From positions 84,135 through 148,134 of the forward strand of contig CAVQCH010000005.1 in NCBI GenBank assembly GCA_963710945.1: a DNA stretch of 64,000 nucleotides, in the 5' to 3' direction. This document shows, in pieces, positions 17,944 to 28,816 of the stretch. Both the position numbers and the translations under genes were made by a program. The notes under the pieces are model-generated. The model saw only the letters and a program-made list of their open reading frames with translations, was not told the origin of the DNA and did not search any database. Positions within the stretch are counted from its first letter, which is position 1. Each line of letters starts with the position of its first letter. The stretch comes from an uncultured Acidobacteriota bacterium. GTDB lineage: Bacteria; Acidobacteriota; Thermoanaerobaculia; UBA5066; Gp7-AA6.

Positions 17944-18029
17944 TCGGAATTCGGAATTCGGATGTCGGATTTGAGGACGCAATGACTCTCCACCAAATCC
18001 GAAATCCGAAATCCGAAATCCGAAATTGG
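17944..18029 (+). repeat. inverted arrays of heptanucleotide repeats flanking the S41 peptidase start codon
   Basis: Left arm is cggaatt cggaatt cggatgt cggattt (17945-17972). The 22-nt spacer holds GAGGA and ATG(17982). Right arm is aaatccg x4 (17995-18022). The arms are complementary at 25 of 28 positions. Confidence 0.9.
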
Positions 18030-19241
18030 ATTCTGACCGCCGCCGTGCTTGCCGTCGCCATTCCTGCCCTTTGCCAGAATCCCGTCCCTCCCGTCCTATC
18101 CGAGATCGACCGGACGATCCGCGACGGGTTCTTCGACCCCAAGTTGAAGGGCGTGGACTGGAAGGGCGCCGTGGCGGAGACCGCGGCGGCGCTCGCGCGC
18201 ACCGAGGTTCCGGCCGAGCAGAACGCCGCGTACGACCGCCTGCTCGCGACGCTTTCCGATTCCCACACGTTCCGCGTGCCGGCCGGACGGCTACCCGAGC
18301 GCAACTGGGGGACGAGCGGGCTGCGCATCGGGTCTGACGGCGACGGATACGCGGTCAAGGGCGTGATTCCGGGAAGCGCCGCCGACCGCGCGGGCTTGAG
18401 GACGGGCGACCGGGTCCTCGAGGTGGACGGCCGCGCGTACGGCCGCGAGCGAGTCAACTTTCGCGATCTCTTCTTCGTCTTCGAGGGCGCGCCGGGCACG
18501 TACTCCGAGGTGACCTGGCGGCGGGGCGACGGGGCACCGCGAAAAGACCGGCTCCTGCGCTCGGCGGAGGAGTCGGGCGACGCGCTCGTCTGGAAGAGCG
18601 CGCGGGTGATCCGCCGGGGCGGCAAGGCGTACGGCTACGCGCACCTCTGGGGCATGAGCGCGGAGACGGCGCTCGCGATCGTGGACATGCTGCTCGACCG
18701 CAGCGAGACGGGCCGCGCCCGCCGCGAGCTCGCGGGCTGGGGCGACATCGAAGGCTTTCTGCTCGACGTCCGGGCCAACAGCGGCGGATACGACCCCAAC
18801 ATCCTCTCGACGTTCCTCCAGGGCCAGTGGAGCGCGGGCGACTACTACGCGATCTCGCGCGACGGAAAGCGCCTGGTCCCGCCCGTCTACGACCGGCTTC
18901 CCGTGGCCATGCTCGTCAACTCGGGCACGGCCTCGGCCGGCGAGGCGCTGGCGCTGAAGTTCCGCGCGCACCGGATCGGGCCCATCGTCGGCGAGACGAC
19001 CGCCGGCATGGCCAGCGGCGGCGCCGCGGCGCAGCGGCTCCCGGACGGCTCGATGCTCTGGTACTCCGCGCGCGCGATCGAGGGCCTCGACGGCCGGAGC
19101 TACGAGGGGCAGGGCGTGGCGCCGGACGTCACGGTGGCGGATCGCCCGCCCGCGGCCGAGGGACAGGAAGACGCGGTCGTCGAGGCCGCGGTCAGGGCGC
19201 TGGCGAGCCCGCCTGCTGCCCCTGCGGTATCCTCCCGCTGA
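17982..19241 (+). CDS. S41-family serine peptidase with PDZ domain
   Basis: 419 aa. Signal-like '[17 protein letters not shown]', PDZ '[22 protein letters not shown]', 'DVRANSGG', catalytic-Ser context '[12 protein letters not shown]'. Confidence 0.8.
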   Translation: MTLHQIRNPKSEIRNWILTAAVLAVAIPALCQNPVPPVLSEIDRTIRDGFFDPKLKGVDWKGAVAETAAALARTEVPAEQNAAYDRLLATLSDSHTFRVPAGRLPERNWGTSGLRIGSDGDGYAVKGVIPGSAADRAGLRTGDRVLEVDGRAYGRERVNFRDLFFVFEGAPGTYSEVTWRRGDGAPRKDRLLRSAEESGDALVWKSARVIRRGGKAYGYAHLWGMSAETALAIVDMLLDRSETGRARRELAGWGDIEGFLLDVRANSGGYDPNILSTFLQGQWSAGDYYAISRDGKRLVPPVYDRLPVAMLVNSGTASAGEALALKFRAHRIGPIVGETTAGMASGGAAAQRLPDGSMLWYSARAIEGLDGRSYEGQGVAPDVTVADRPPAAEGQEDAVVEAAVRALASPPAAPAVSSR

Positions 19242-19777
19242 TGGAAAAGTGGCACTCCACCACCGTCCTTTGCGTGCGCCACGGCGGTAAGGTCGCCATG
19301 GTCTCGGACGGCCAGGTGACGCTCGGCACGACCGTCATGAAGCAGACCGCGGCGAAGATCCGGCGGCTGAAGGGCGGGGACGTTCTCGCCGGGTTTGCCG
19401 GATCGTCGGCCGACGCCTTCGCCCTCTTCCAGCGCTTCGAGATGAAGCTCGAGGAGCATCGCGGCAACCTCGAGCGCTCCGCGATCGAGCTCGCCAAGGA
19501 CTGGCGCACCGACAAGATGCTGCGCCAGCTCGAGGCGCTGCTCATCGTGGCGGACAAGACCACCTCGCTCCTGATTTCCGGCACCGGCGACCTCATCTCG
19601 CCCGAGGAGGGCGTCCTCGCGATCGGCTCGGGAGGGTCCTACGCCCTCGCCGCGGCGCGCGCGCTCCTCAAGCACCGCGCCGACATGACCGCCGCCGAGA
19701 TCGCGCGCGAGGCGCTGCTCGTCGCGTCGCAGATCGACATCTACACGAACGACCACATCACGCTCGAAGAGGTCTGA
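19241..19777 (+). CDS. hslV: ATP-dependent protease subunit HslV
   Basis: ATG overlaps the upstream stop. '[21 protein letters not shown]', '[10 protein letters not shown]', 'GSGGSYA'. Confidence 0.93.
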   Translation: MEKWHSTTVLCVRHGGKVAMVSDGQVTLGTTVMKQTAAKIRRLKGGDVLAGFAGSSADAFALFQRFEMKLEEHRGNLERSAIELAKDWRTDKMLRQLEALLIVADKTTSLLISGTGDLISPEEGVLAIGSGGSYALAAARALLKHRADMTAAEIAREALLVASQIDIYTNDHITLEEV

Positions 19778-19788
19778 CCTTGGTTTTC

Positions 19789-21139
19789 ATGATGCCCGGC
19801 GAGACGCGAAGCCCAGGCCCCGGCCGCGACCGCGCGCACGCCGCGTGAAATCGTCGCCGAGCTCGACAAGTACGTCATCGGCCAGAAGCGGGCAAAGAAA
19901 GCCGTCGCGATCGCGCTGCGCAACCGGTGGCGGCGTCAGCGGCTCTCGCCCGAGATGTCCCGCGAGATTCTGCCGAAGAACATCCTGATGATCGGGCCGA
20001 CGGGCGTCGGGAAGACCGAGATCGCCCGGCGCCTGGCGCGCCTGGCCGACGCCCCGTTCCTCAAGGTCGAGGCGTCGAAGTTCACCGAGGTCGGCTACGT
20101 CGGGCGCGACGTCGAGTCCATCGTCCGGGACCTGACCGAGGTGGCCGTCCAGATGGTGCGCGAGGAGAAGACGCTCGAGATCCGCGACCGCGCCGCGAGC
20201 CGCACGGAGCAGCGCCTGCTCGACCTGCTGCTGCCGGCGCTGCCCGACACGGAGGCCGAGGAGACGCGGGCGAAGCTGCGCCAGCTCCTGCGCGACGGGA
20301 AGCTCGAGGACCGGCTCGTCGAGGTCGAGGTCGCCGACAAGACGTTCCCCTCCTTCGAGATCGTCACGAACCAGGGCGTCGAGGAGATGGACATCAACGT
20401 CAAGGAGATGCTCCCCGGTCTCTTCGGCGGCAAGAAGAAGCGCCGCAAGACGACGGTCGGCGAGGCGCGCCAGATCCTCCAGGCCGAGGAAGAGGGGCGC
20501 CTTCTCGACCCCGGGCAGGTCGCGCGGGAAGCCGTCGAGCGCGCGCAGTCCTCCGGCATCGTCTTTCTCGACGAGATCGACAAGGTCGCCGGCCGCGAAG
20601 CCGGCGGGCGCGGACCGGACGTCTCGCGCGAGGGCGTGCAGCGCGACCTGCTGCCGATCGTCGAGGGCACGTCGGTGAACACGAAGTACGGTTTCGTCAA
20701 GACGGACCACGTCCTCTTCATCGCGGCCGGCGCGTTTCACGTCTCGAAACCATCGGACCTGATCCCGGAGCTGCAGGGCCGCTTTCCGATCCGCGTCGAG
20801 CTCGACTCGCTGACCGAGGCGGACTTCGTGCGGATCCTGACGGAGCCGGAGAACGCCCTGCTCAAGCAGTACCGGGCGCTCATGGGCGCCGAGGGCGTGG
20901 ACCTCTCGTTCTCCGAGGACGCGATCGGCGAGGTCGCGCGCGACGCCGAGCGCGTCAACCGCGCGCTCGAGAACATCGGCGCCCGGCGCCTCCACACGAT
21001 CCTCGAGCGCCTGCTCGAGGACATCTCCTTCGCGGGGCCCGAGAACGCGGGCAAGTCGATCCGGATCGAGCTCCCCGACGTGCAGAGCGCGCTCGCGGAT
21101 CTCGTCAAGGACGAGGACCTGTCGCGATACGTCCTGTGA
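19789..21139 (+). CDS. hslU: ATP-dependent protease ATPase subunit HslU. The 5' end is frame-disrupted as sequenced.
   Basis: '[33 protein letters not shown]' and Walker A '[15 protein letters not shown]'. The conserved N-terminal text has no ATG/GTG/TTG upstream in its own frame back to a TGA at 19790. ATGs at 19789 and 19792 are in the adjacent frame. Confidence 0.88.
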
Positions 21140-21140
21140 G

Positions 21141-22377
<1,237 letters not shown>

Positions 22378-22470
22378 CGCGGGCCGTCCACCACGGTTCC
22401 TCGGCCCGGAAAACGGTCCACGGTGCGCCCGGGACCTATCCGTCAGCCCTTCGATTAGAATCCCCCTCCC

Positions 22471-23301
22471 ATGTCCCTGCCCACGCATTTCGTGAAGATG
22501 GCCGGCGGCGGCAACGACTTCCTCGTCTTCGAGGCGGACGGTCGCGCCCTGACCGACGCCGATCGCGCGCGGCTGGCGCTGGCCTGCCGGCGCGGGCTCT
22601 CCGTGGGCGCCGACGGCGCGCTCTTTCTCTCGCCGGGCGAGAGGGGACGCGTGCGCGTCGACTACTTCAACGCCGACGGCGGGCCGGCGACTTTCTGCGC
22701 CAACGGCACGCGCTGCGCCGCGCGCTTCGCCATGCGCCACGGCCTGGCCGCGGCGGACCCGGTGATGCTCGACACGGGCTGGGGGCCGATCGAGGCGCGC
22801 GTGGACGGGGAGCGGGTGACGCTCTCCCTGCCCGCCGTCCCGGCGCCGCAGGACCCCATCCCTATCTCGGGCCGCGGGCTGCCGCCGACGGCGATTCCCA
22901 TGAAGGTGGGCGTGCCGCACCTCGTCGTCTTCGTGCGCGGGGACCTCGGGAAGTTCGCGATCGACCGGTTCGGCCCGCCCCTGCGCCGCCACCCGGCGCT
23001 TCCCGAAGGCGCCAACGTCAACTTCGTCCGGGCCGCCGGCGAGAACCGGATCGAGGTGCGCTCCTGGGAGCGCGGCGTCGAGGGCGAGACGCTTTCCTGC
23101 GGATCGGGCGTGGTCGCCTCGGCGATCGCCGCGGGGCGCCAGGGCATGGCCGTCTCGCCGGTCACGTGCGGCACGAAGAGCGGCGTGGATCTGATCGTCG
23201 AGTTCCGCGAGGAGGGCGAGGTGATCGCCGGCGTCCGCCTGACGGGCGACGCCCGCGAGATCTACACCGGCGAGCTTCTCGAGGAGGCGTGGAAAGAGTG
23301 A
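22471..23301 (+). CDS. dapF: diaminopimelate epimerase
   Basis: 276 aa. 'KMAGGGNDFLVF', 'FCANGTRCAARF', 'ETLSCGSG' (the two catalytic Cys). Confidence 0.9.
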   Translation: MSLPTHFVKMAGGGNDFLVFEADGRALTDADRARLALACRRGLSVGADGALFLSPGERGRVRVDYFNADGGPATFCANGTRCAARFAMRHGLAAADPVMLDTGWGPIEARVDGERVTLSLPAVPAPQDPIPISGRGLPPTAIPMKVGVPHLVVFVRGDLGKFAIDRFGPPLRRHPALPEGANVNFVRAAGENRIEVRSWERGVEGETLSCGSGVVASAIAAGRQGMAVSPVTCGTKSGVDLIVEFREEGEVIAGVRLTGDAREIYTGELLEEAWKE

Positions 23302-23963
23302 CGCGGACGATCGCCTTCGGCTCGCCCGAAGCGCCGCCGCCCCCGTCGAAGATCGTCGCCGTCGGCAAGAACTACCGCGAGCACGCCGCGGAGTTCGGCG
23401 GCGTGGCGCCCGAGGACGAGCCGCTCCTCTTTCTCAAGGCCCCGACCTCGCTCGTGACGGACGGCGGCGACATCGTGATGCCGCCCGAATCGCAGCGCGT
23501 GGACTACGAGGGTGAGCTCGCACTCGTGATCGGCTGGAAGATCAAGCGCTGGCCCCAGGAGCGCTGGATGGACGCGCTCGCGGGCGTCTGCTGCGCCAAC
23601 GACGTCACGGCGCGCGACCTCCAGAAGAAAGACAAGCAGTTCGCCCGCTCGAAGTCCTTCGACACCTTCTGCCCGGTCGGCCCCGCCATCGTCGCCGGGT
23701 TCGACCCGTCCGGCTCGACGATCCAGACGCGCGTCAACGGCGCCGTGCGGCAGTCCGCGCCGATCTCCGACATGGTCTTCTCGCCGGCCTTTCTCGTCGC
23801 CTACGTGTCGCGGATGATGACGCTCCTGCCGGGCGACATCATCCTGACGGGCACGCCGGCCGGTGTGGGCCCGCTCTCGTCGGGCGACGTCGTTGAGGTC
23901 GAGATCGCGGGCGTCGGCGTCCTGCGCAACCGGGTGACGAGTGAATCGGGCGGCCAGCCCTAA
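23298..23963 (+). CDS. fumarylacetoacetate hydrolase (FAH) family protein
   Basis: GTG overlaps the dapF stop. 'KIVAVGKNYREHA', 'VDYEGELALVIG', 'ILTGTPAGVG'. Confidence 0.85.
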   Translation: MTRTIAFGSPEAPPPPSKIVAVGKNYREHAAEFGGVAPEDEPLLFLKAPTSLVTDGGDIVMPPESQRVDYEGELALVIGWKIKRWPQERWMDALAGVCCANDVTARDLQKKDKQFARSKSFDTFCPVGPAIVAGFDPSGSTIQTRVNGAVRQSAPISDMVFSPAFLVAYVSRMMTLLPGDIILTGTPAGVGPLSSGDVVEVEIAGVGVLRNRVTSESGGQP

Positions 23964-24375
23964 CACCTCGGGTTTGAGGGCCGCGATCGCGGTCCTGTCC
24001 CTGCTCGTCCTCGGCGCATCGCTGGCGAAGTCCTTCGAGCCCTCCGCGACCGCTTCGCGCTGGCGCCGGCTGGTGGGCGCCCTCGGCGGCGACGTCCGGC
24101 CGCAGGGCGAGGCGGCCGGATTCTGGTTCGATCCCGACTTCGCGGACTTCCTGGCCGAGGTGAAGCGGCGCACGCCGCCGAACGCCACCGTTGCCGTCAT
24201 CGTGCCCTACCGGCCGGACATGTATCGGTACCAGGCGTACTACCAGCTCGCGCCCCGCCGGGTGGTGGAAGATCGCTGGAAGGACGAGGCCGCCTTCATC
24301 GCCACGTATAGAACCGATGCGGCACGCGGGCCGGGCGGCACGGCGATCGTCAACGGCCAGCTCTGGACCCGATGA
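23941..24375 (+). CDS. hypothetical membrane-anchored protein
   Basis: 144-aa ORF with one N-terminal hydrophobic helix 'LRAAIAVLSLLVLGASLA'. Its stop overlaps the next start (ATGA). No family recognised. Confidence 0.5.
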   Translation: MNRAASPNTSGLRAAIAVLSLLVLGASLAKSFEPSATASRWRRLVGALGGDVRPQGEAAGFWFDPDFADFLAEVKRRTPPNATVAVIVPYRPDMYRYQAYYQLAPRRVVEDRWKDEAAFIATYRTDAARGPGGTAIVNGQLWTR

Positions 24376-25748
24376 GCCTCGGCGCCGCGTTCGCGCGCGT
24401 TCTTCTCGGGCTCCTTGCGGCATTCGGGGCGGGCATCGCGGTGAGCCGGCCGTTCACGGGCGGCCTGACGCGGCGGGAAAAGGCGGGATGGGGCCTGGCC
24501 GCCGGGCTCCTCGTGCAGGCGCTCTGCCTGCTCGTCCTCTTCGCGATCCGCGCCGCTCCCGGAGCCCCGCATCTTCTCGGCCTCGAGGCGGCCGTCGCGA
24601 TTGCCGCCCTGCTTCTCGGCCGCGGGCGGGCAGGCGACGGCACGCCCGGGACCTCGCCGGCGGTGCCGCCCCGGATGCGAGCTCTCGTCATGTGCCTCGC
24701 CGTCCTTGCCGGAGCCGCGTGGCTCGTCTTTCTCGTCGGCGCGGCCGCGGACGCCATGTGGGCAACCGACTTCGTGGCTTTCTGGGGCTACAAGGGCAAG
24801 GTCGTCTTTCTCTCGGCGGACGTGCCCCGGCGGCTCTTCCAGGATCCCGCCCTGTACTTCGCGCACCGCGAGTATCCGTTGCTCGTCTCCCTGTCGCTCG
24901 CCGCGCTCGCATTCGTCGCCGGCGAGTGGAACGACCAGGCGCTGGCGCTGCTCTATCCGGCCTGCGCCCTCGCCACGCTGCTCGCGCTCTCCGGATTTCT
25001 CGAGCGGCGCGTGTCGAGGCTCTCGGGAGCCGTCGCGGCCGCGCTCGCCTCGCTGTGTTTCTTCCTCTACCGGCCCGCGAACGCGGGCACCGCGGAGGTG
25101 CCGTTCGCGCTGGGCCTCGTCCTCGTCTCGTGCGCGGCCGGGGATTTTCTGCGCGGGGACACGGGCAGGGCCGCCATCTCCCGGCTCGCGGTGGCGGCGA
25201 CCTACTGCGCCTGCCTCAAGCAGGAGGGGACCCTGTTCGTCTTCCTGCTCGCGGCCGCGCTCTGGTGGTCCTCGCGCCGCGGACCGGCGCGGGCACGGGG
25301 GCTCGCCACGGCGGCCCTCGTCGTCCCTCCGAGCCTCCATTGGGCCCTGCTCTACCTGCTGCGGGGAGCCCAGTCCCGGCGCGACTTCGACATGACCCTT
25401 TTCGAGCCGCGGCGGTGGATGGAGCTGCCGCCCCTCTTCACGCTCGTCGTGGGCCGAATGCTCGGAACCGAGGCGCGAGAGGTGGCCCCGGCCCTGGCGG
25501 CGATCGCCGCATATCTCCTCGTCACGCGCCGGGGGATTCTGGACCGGCTCCTGCCGGTCTTCGCCCTCCAGCTCGTCTGCTACGCGGTCGCCTTCTCCGT
25601 TTCGTCTTTCGACCCGATGTACGCCATCAACGGCGCGTTCCGCCGCATCGTGGTGACGCTCTTCCCGGCCATCGCCCTCGTGCTGGCCGCGCGAGTCGGC
25701 GGCGAAGCCGGGCGAGTACGCTCCCGGGTGGGACCACCAGTCGAGTGA
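24372..25748 (+). CDS. polytopic integral membrane protein (GT-C / ArnT-like glycosyltransferase fold suspected)
   Basis: 458 aa with more than 10 hydrophobic segments. Function not supported beyond topology. Confidence 0.6.
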   Translation: MSLGAAFARVLLGLLAAFGAGIAVSRPFTGGLTRREKAGWGLAAGLLVQALCLLVLFAIRAAPGAPHLLGLEAAVAIAALLLGRGRAGDGTPGTSPAVPPRMRALVMCLAVLAGAAWLVFLVGAAADAMWATDFVAFWGYKGKVVFLSADVPRRLFQDPALYFAHREYPLLVSLSLAALAFVAGEWNDQALALLYPACALATLLALSGFLERRVSRLSGAVAAALASLCFFLYRPANAGTAEVPFALGLVLVSCAAGDFLRGDTGRAAISRLAVAATYCACLKQEGTLFVFLLAAALWWSSRRGPARARGLATAALVVPPSLHWALLYLLRGAQSRRDFDMTLFEPRRWMELPPLFTLVVGRMLGTEAREVAPALAAIAAYLLVTRRGILDRLLPVFALQLVCYAVAFSVSSFDPMYAINGAFRRIVVTLFPAIALVLAARVGGEAGRVRSRVGPPVE

Positions 25749-25772
25749 GCCCGCGGCGATCCCGGTAGCCGG

Positions 25773-27176
25773 TCACAGGCCGTCGAGAAGCGTCTCGGGC
25801 AGGCCCCCGAAGGCCCCGGACGACATCAGGAGCAGGACGTCTCCCGGCCGCGCCTCGCGGCGGAGGATCGCGGGGATCTCCTCGATCGTTCCCGGCGCGA
25901 AGGCGGGCTTGCCCGCGGCGGCGAAGCGGCGGACGAGGGCGTCGCGGTCGAGCTGGTTCCCGGGGCCGAGACGCCTGGGCGTGGAAGATCGGCGCGAGCA
26001 CGAGCGCGTCTGCGCCGGCGAAGGCCTCGGCGTACTCTTCTTCGAACATCTTGCGCCCCGCCGTGTTCGAGCGCGGCTCGAAGAGCGCCCAGAGCCGCCG
26101 CCCCGGGAAGCGCGCGCGCGCGGCCTCGATCGTTCCGGCGACGGCCGTCGGGTGGTGGGCGAAGTCGTCGACGACGAGGATGCCGTTCTTCTCGCCCTTG
26201 ATCTCCATGCGGCGGCGCACGCCGGCAAAGCGCGGCAGCGAGCCGGCCGATCTCGCCGGCCGAGAGGCCGAGGCCGCGCGACGAGGGCGATCGCGCCGAG
26301 GGCGTTGCGCACGTTGTGGCGGCCGAGCATCGGCGAGGAAAGGCGGGCAATCGGCATCCCGGCCTCGAGAAGCGTGAACTCCGTGCCCTCGGGGTGAAAG
26401 GCGACGTCGCGCGCCGAGAAGTCGGCGCGGGCGTCCTCGAGGGATACGCGCACGACGCCGGCCGCGGCCTCGGAGGCGAGCGCCGCCACGCGCGGGTCGT
26501 CCGCGTTCAGGACGACCATTCCTTCCGGCGGCACGAGCCGCACGACCTGGCGGAACGCCTCGATCACCGACTCGAGGTCGGGGTAGAGGTCCGCGTGGTC
26601 GTACTCGATGTTGCCGACGAAGAGGTGGCGGGGCTCGTAGTGGAGGAACTTCGCGCCGCGGTCGAAGAACGCGGCGTTGTACTCGTCGCCCTCGAGGACG
26701 AAGTGCGGGCCCTTCCCGCGCCGGTATCCGCGGCCGAGATTCTTCATCTCGCCGCCGACGAGAAACCCCGGATCGCGGCCCGAGTCGAGCAGGAGCCAGG
26801 CCGTCAGCGCGGACGTCGTGGTCTTGCCGTGTGTGCCGGTGATCACAATGGAGGTCTTGCCGGGCAGCAGGATCCGGCGCACGGTCTGCGGCAGGGAGAG
26901 GACGGGCAGGCCGCGCCGGGCGGCCTCGGCGGCCTCGACGTTGTCCCGCAGGGCGGCGTTGCCGACGACGACGGCGTCGCAGTCGGCGGGCACGTGCTCG
27001 GCCGCGAACCCGGAGGCGACCGGGATGCCGAGCTTCTCGAGCAGCGTGGACATGGGAGGGTAGAGAGCCTGCTCGCTGCCCGTCACCCGGTGACCCTCCT
27101 CGAGCAGGAGGGCCGCCAGGGGCACCATGGCCGTCCCGCCGATGGGCACGAGGTGAAAGCGCTGGTTTTGGCTCAT
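25773..27176 (-). CDS. mpl: UDP-N-acetylmuramate:L-alanyl-gamma-D-glutamyl-meso-diaminopimelate ligase (Mpl). Three frame disruptions as sequenced.
   Basis: 'HLVPIGGTAM', 'ITGTHGKTTTSA', 'EGDEYNAAFFD'. The conserved text hops frames: 'NALGAIALVA' | 'RGLGLSAGEIGR' | 'LPRFAGVRRRMEIKGEKNGILVVDDFAHHPTAV...APIFHAQ' | 'RLGPGNQLD...LLLMSSGAFGG'. Confidence 0.85.
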   Translation of the reverse strand: MSQNQRFHLVPIGGTAMVPLAALLLEEGHRVTGSEQALYPPMSTLLEKLGIPVASGFAAEHVPADCDAVVVGNAALRDNVEAAEAARRGLPVLSLPQTVRRILLPGKTSIVITGTHGKTTTSALTAWLLLDSGRDPGFLVGGEMKNLGRGYRRGKGPHFVLEGDEYNAAFFDRGAKFLHYEPRHLFVGNIEYDHADLYPDLESVIEAFRQVVRLVPPEGMVVLNADDPRVAALASEAAAGVVRVSLEDARADFSARDVAFHPEGTEFTLLEAGMPIARLSSPMLGRHNVRNALGAIALVARPRPLGRRDRPARCRALPACAAAWRSRARRTASSSSTTSPTTRRPSPERSRPRARASRGGGSGRSSSRARTRRGARCSKKSTPRPSPAQTRSCSRRSSTPRRLGPGNQLDRDALVRRFAAAGKPAFAPGTIEEIPAILRREARPGDVLLLMSSGAFGGLPETLLDGL

Positions 27177-27275
27177 CTTTCCGCCCGGAGTTTGGTCTAA
27201 TGGAGGCGTTTTCGGAAATATCCCCCGATTTTCGAGGGTTTAGCCGCTGTGATTCGTATAAGGAGGAAACTGAAG

Positions 27276-28358
27276 ATGCGCCATGTCCTGAATGTAGGCC
27301 GGCTGACCGCGGTCGCGCTGCTGGCTTCCGGGGTCGCCCTGGCCCAGAAGCCCGCCGAGTCCAAACCGGCGGCATCGGCCCCGCCGACGGCCAAGGCCCA
27401 GGCCGCGGGCAAGGCGGTTCCCGCGCCCAAGATCGAGATCACCCAGGAGACCAAGGACATGGGGACGGTCCCCAAGGGCCAGGTCATCGAGACCGACTTC
27501 CTCATCCGCAACAGCGGCGGATCGGACCTCGTGATCACCGACGCGCGCCCCTCCTGCGGCTGCACCGTTTCCTCTTTCGACAAGCTCATCAAACCCGGCG
27601 CCGAGGGCAAGGTCCACACGAGCGTCGACACCAAGAGCTTCTCCGGGCCGATCTCGAAGTCGGTCCTCGTCGTCTCGAACGATCCCGACCGCCCGCAGAT
27701 GAACCTCTTCGTCAAGGCGATCGTGAAGCCCTTCGTGGACGTCGCCCCGCAGGCGTACGTCCGCTTCTCCGTCGTCAAGGGTGACGCGGCCTCGCAGGAA
27801 GTGATCCTTCTCTCCGAGGAGAAGGGCTTCAAGCCCACCGTGGCCGAGACCGCGCAGCCCTACGTCAAGGCGGAGATCACGCCCGCCGGCGACAAGGACA
27901 AGGTCGCGGGCCGCTCGGGCGAGCAGTTCAAGCTCGCCGTCAACGTGACGGCCGACGCGCCCGAGGGTCTGCTGAACGCGCCGATCCGGATCAACACGGG
28001 CGTCTCGCAGCAGCCGATGCTCGAGGTTCCGGTGTCCGGCATCGTGCGGCCGCGCGTTTCGGTGACGCCGATCACGGTCAACTTCGGCAACTTCACGCCG
28101 GGCAAGGACCCGATCACGCGCAACATCGTCGTGACCAACAACAAGCCGGGCACGCCGATCAAGGTCACCAAGGCCGAGGTCAACGTCCCGGGCTTCGTCA
28201 CCGACGTCGTCCCCACCCAGGAGGGCGTGTCGTACACGGTCGTGGTCAAGGCCAACGACAAGGTCAAGAAGGGCGCCGTCGACGGCAAGGTCACGCTCTA
28301 CACCTCCGACAAGGAGAAGGGCGTCATCGAGATCCCGCTCAAGGGCGAGGCGCTGTAA
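27276..28358 (+). CDS. DUF1573 domain-containing secreted protein
   Basis: ATG is 9 nt after AGGAGG. Signal peptide 'LTAVALLASGVALAQ'. 'MGTVPKGQVIETDFLIRNSGGSDLVITDARPSCGCT' is the DUF1573 signature. Confidence 0.85.
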   Translation: MRHVLNVGRLTAVALLASGVALAQKPAESKPAASAPPTAKAQAAGKAVPAPKIEITQETKDMGTVPKGQVIETDFLIRNSGGSDLVITDARPSCGCTVSSFDKLIKPGAEGKVHTSVDTKSFSGPISKSVLVVSNDPDRPQMNLFVKAIVKPFVDVAPQAYVRFSVVKGDAASQEVILLSEEKGFKPTVAETAQPYVKAEITPAGDKDKVAGRSGEQFKLAVNVTADAPEGLLNAPIRINTGVSQQPMLEVPVSGIVRPRVSVTPITVNFGNFTPGKDPITRNIVVTNNKPGTPIKVTKAEVNVPGFVTDVVPTQEGVSYTVVVKANDKVKKGAVDGKVTLYTSDKEKGVIEIPLKGEAL

Positions 28359-28385
28359 GCCGCACCTTTCGAAACGCTTCGATCC

Positions 28386-28418
28386 AACGCCCCGGGCAAC
28401 CGGGGCGTTTTCGTTTTG
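28386..28418 (+). terminator. intrinsic terminator
   Basis: AACGCCCCGG-GCAA-CCGGGGCGTT followed by TTCGTTTTG, 28 nt after the stop at 28358. Confidence 0.8.
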
Positions 28419-28463
28419 TGACGCCGCGGCGCCTGTCGGGACCCGGACGCCGTCTGTCAGCCT

Positions 28464-28672
28464 GACGCCCTCGTCATCCCGTGCCCGTCAAACCGAGCGC
28501 CGTGCGCTCGTCAGCCGGTGCCGTGGGCCTGTCATCCCGAGCGCCTCACGCCTGTCATCCCGAGCGCCTTACGCCTGTCATCCCGAGCGAAGCGAGGGAT
28601 CCCGTACTCGACGAGCCGTGGTCGCGTGTCGAGTCCGGGATCCCTCGTCGCTGCGCTCCTCGGGATGACGGC
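28464..28672. repeat. REP/MITE-like palindromic element cluster, family 2 ('GTCATCCCGAGCG...')
   Basis: Three tandem copies start with CCTGTCATCCCGAGCG (28528, 28551, 28574). The third extends to ...AAGCGAGGGATCCC and pairs with GGGATCCCTCGTCGCTGCGCTCCTCGGGATGAC at 28637-28669. Confidence 0.85.
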
Positions 28673-28816
28673 ACCTGGACCAGGGATTCCGTACCGGTCC
28701 GACCGGGATGAACGCTCGATGTCCTGGCAGCCGCCTTGCTACCCCTTTCCACGTGCCCTGGTTGGCGGACAGGCGTATCCTGTTCGACGCAAGTGACCGG
28801 AGGTCAACACCCGAAA

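Noticed and set aside
28528-28603. Tandem 23-nt direct repeats that could at first glance suggest a small CRISPR array.
   Set aside because: The units are directly adjacent with no spacers. They belong to a palindromic REP-like element whose partner arm lies 35 nt downstream. No cas genes are present in the window.
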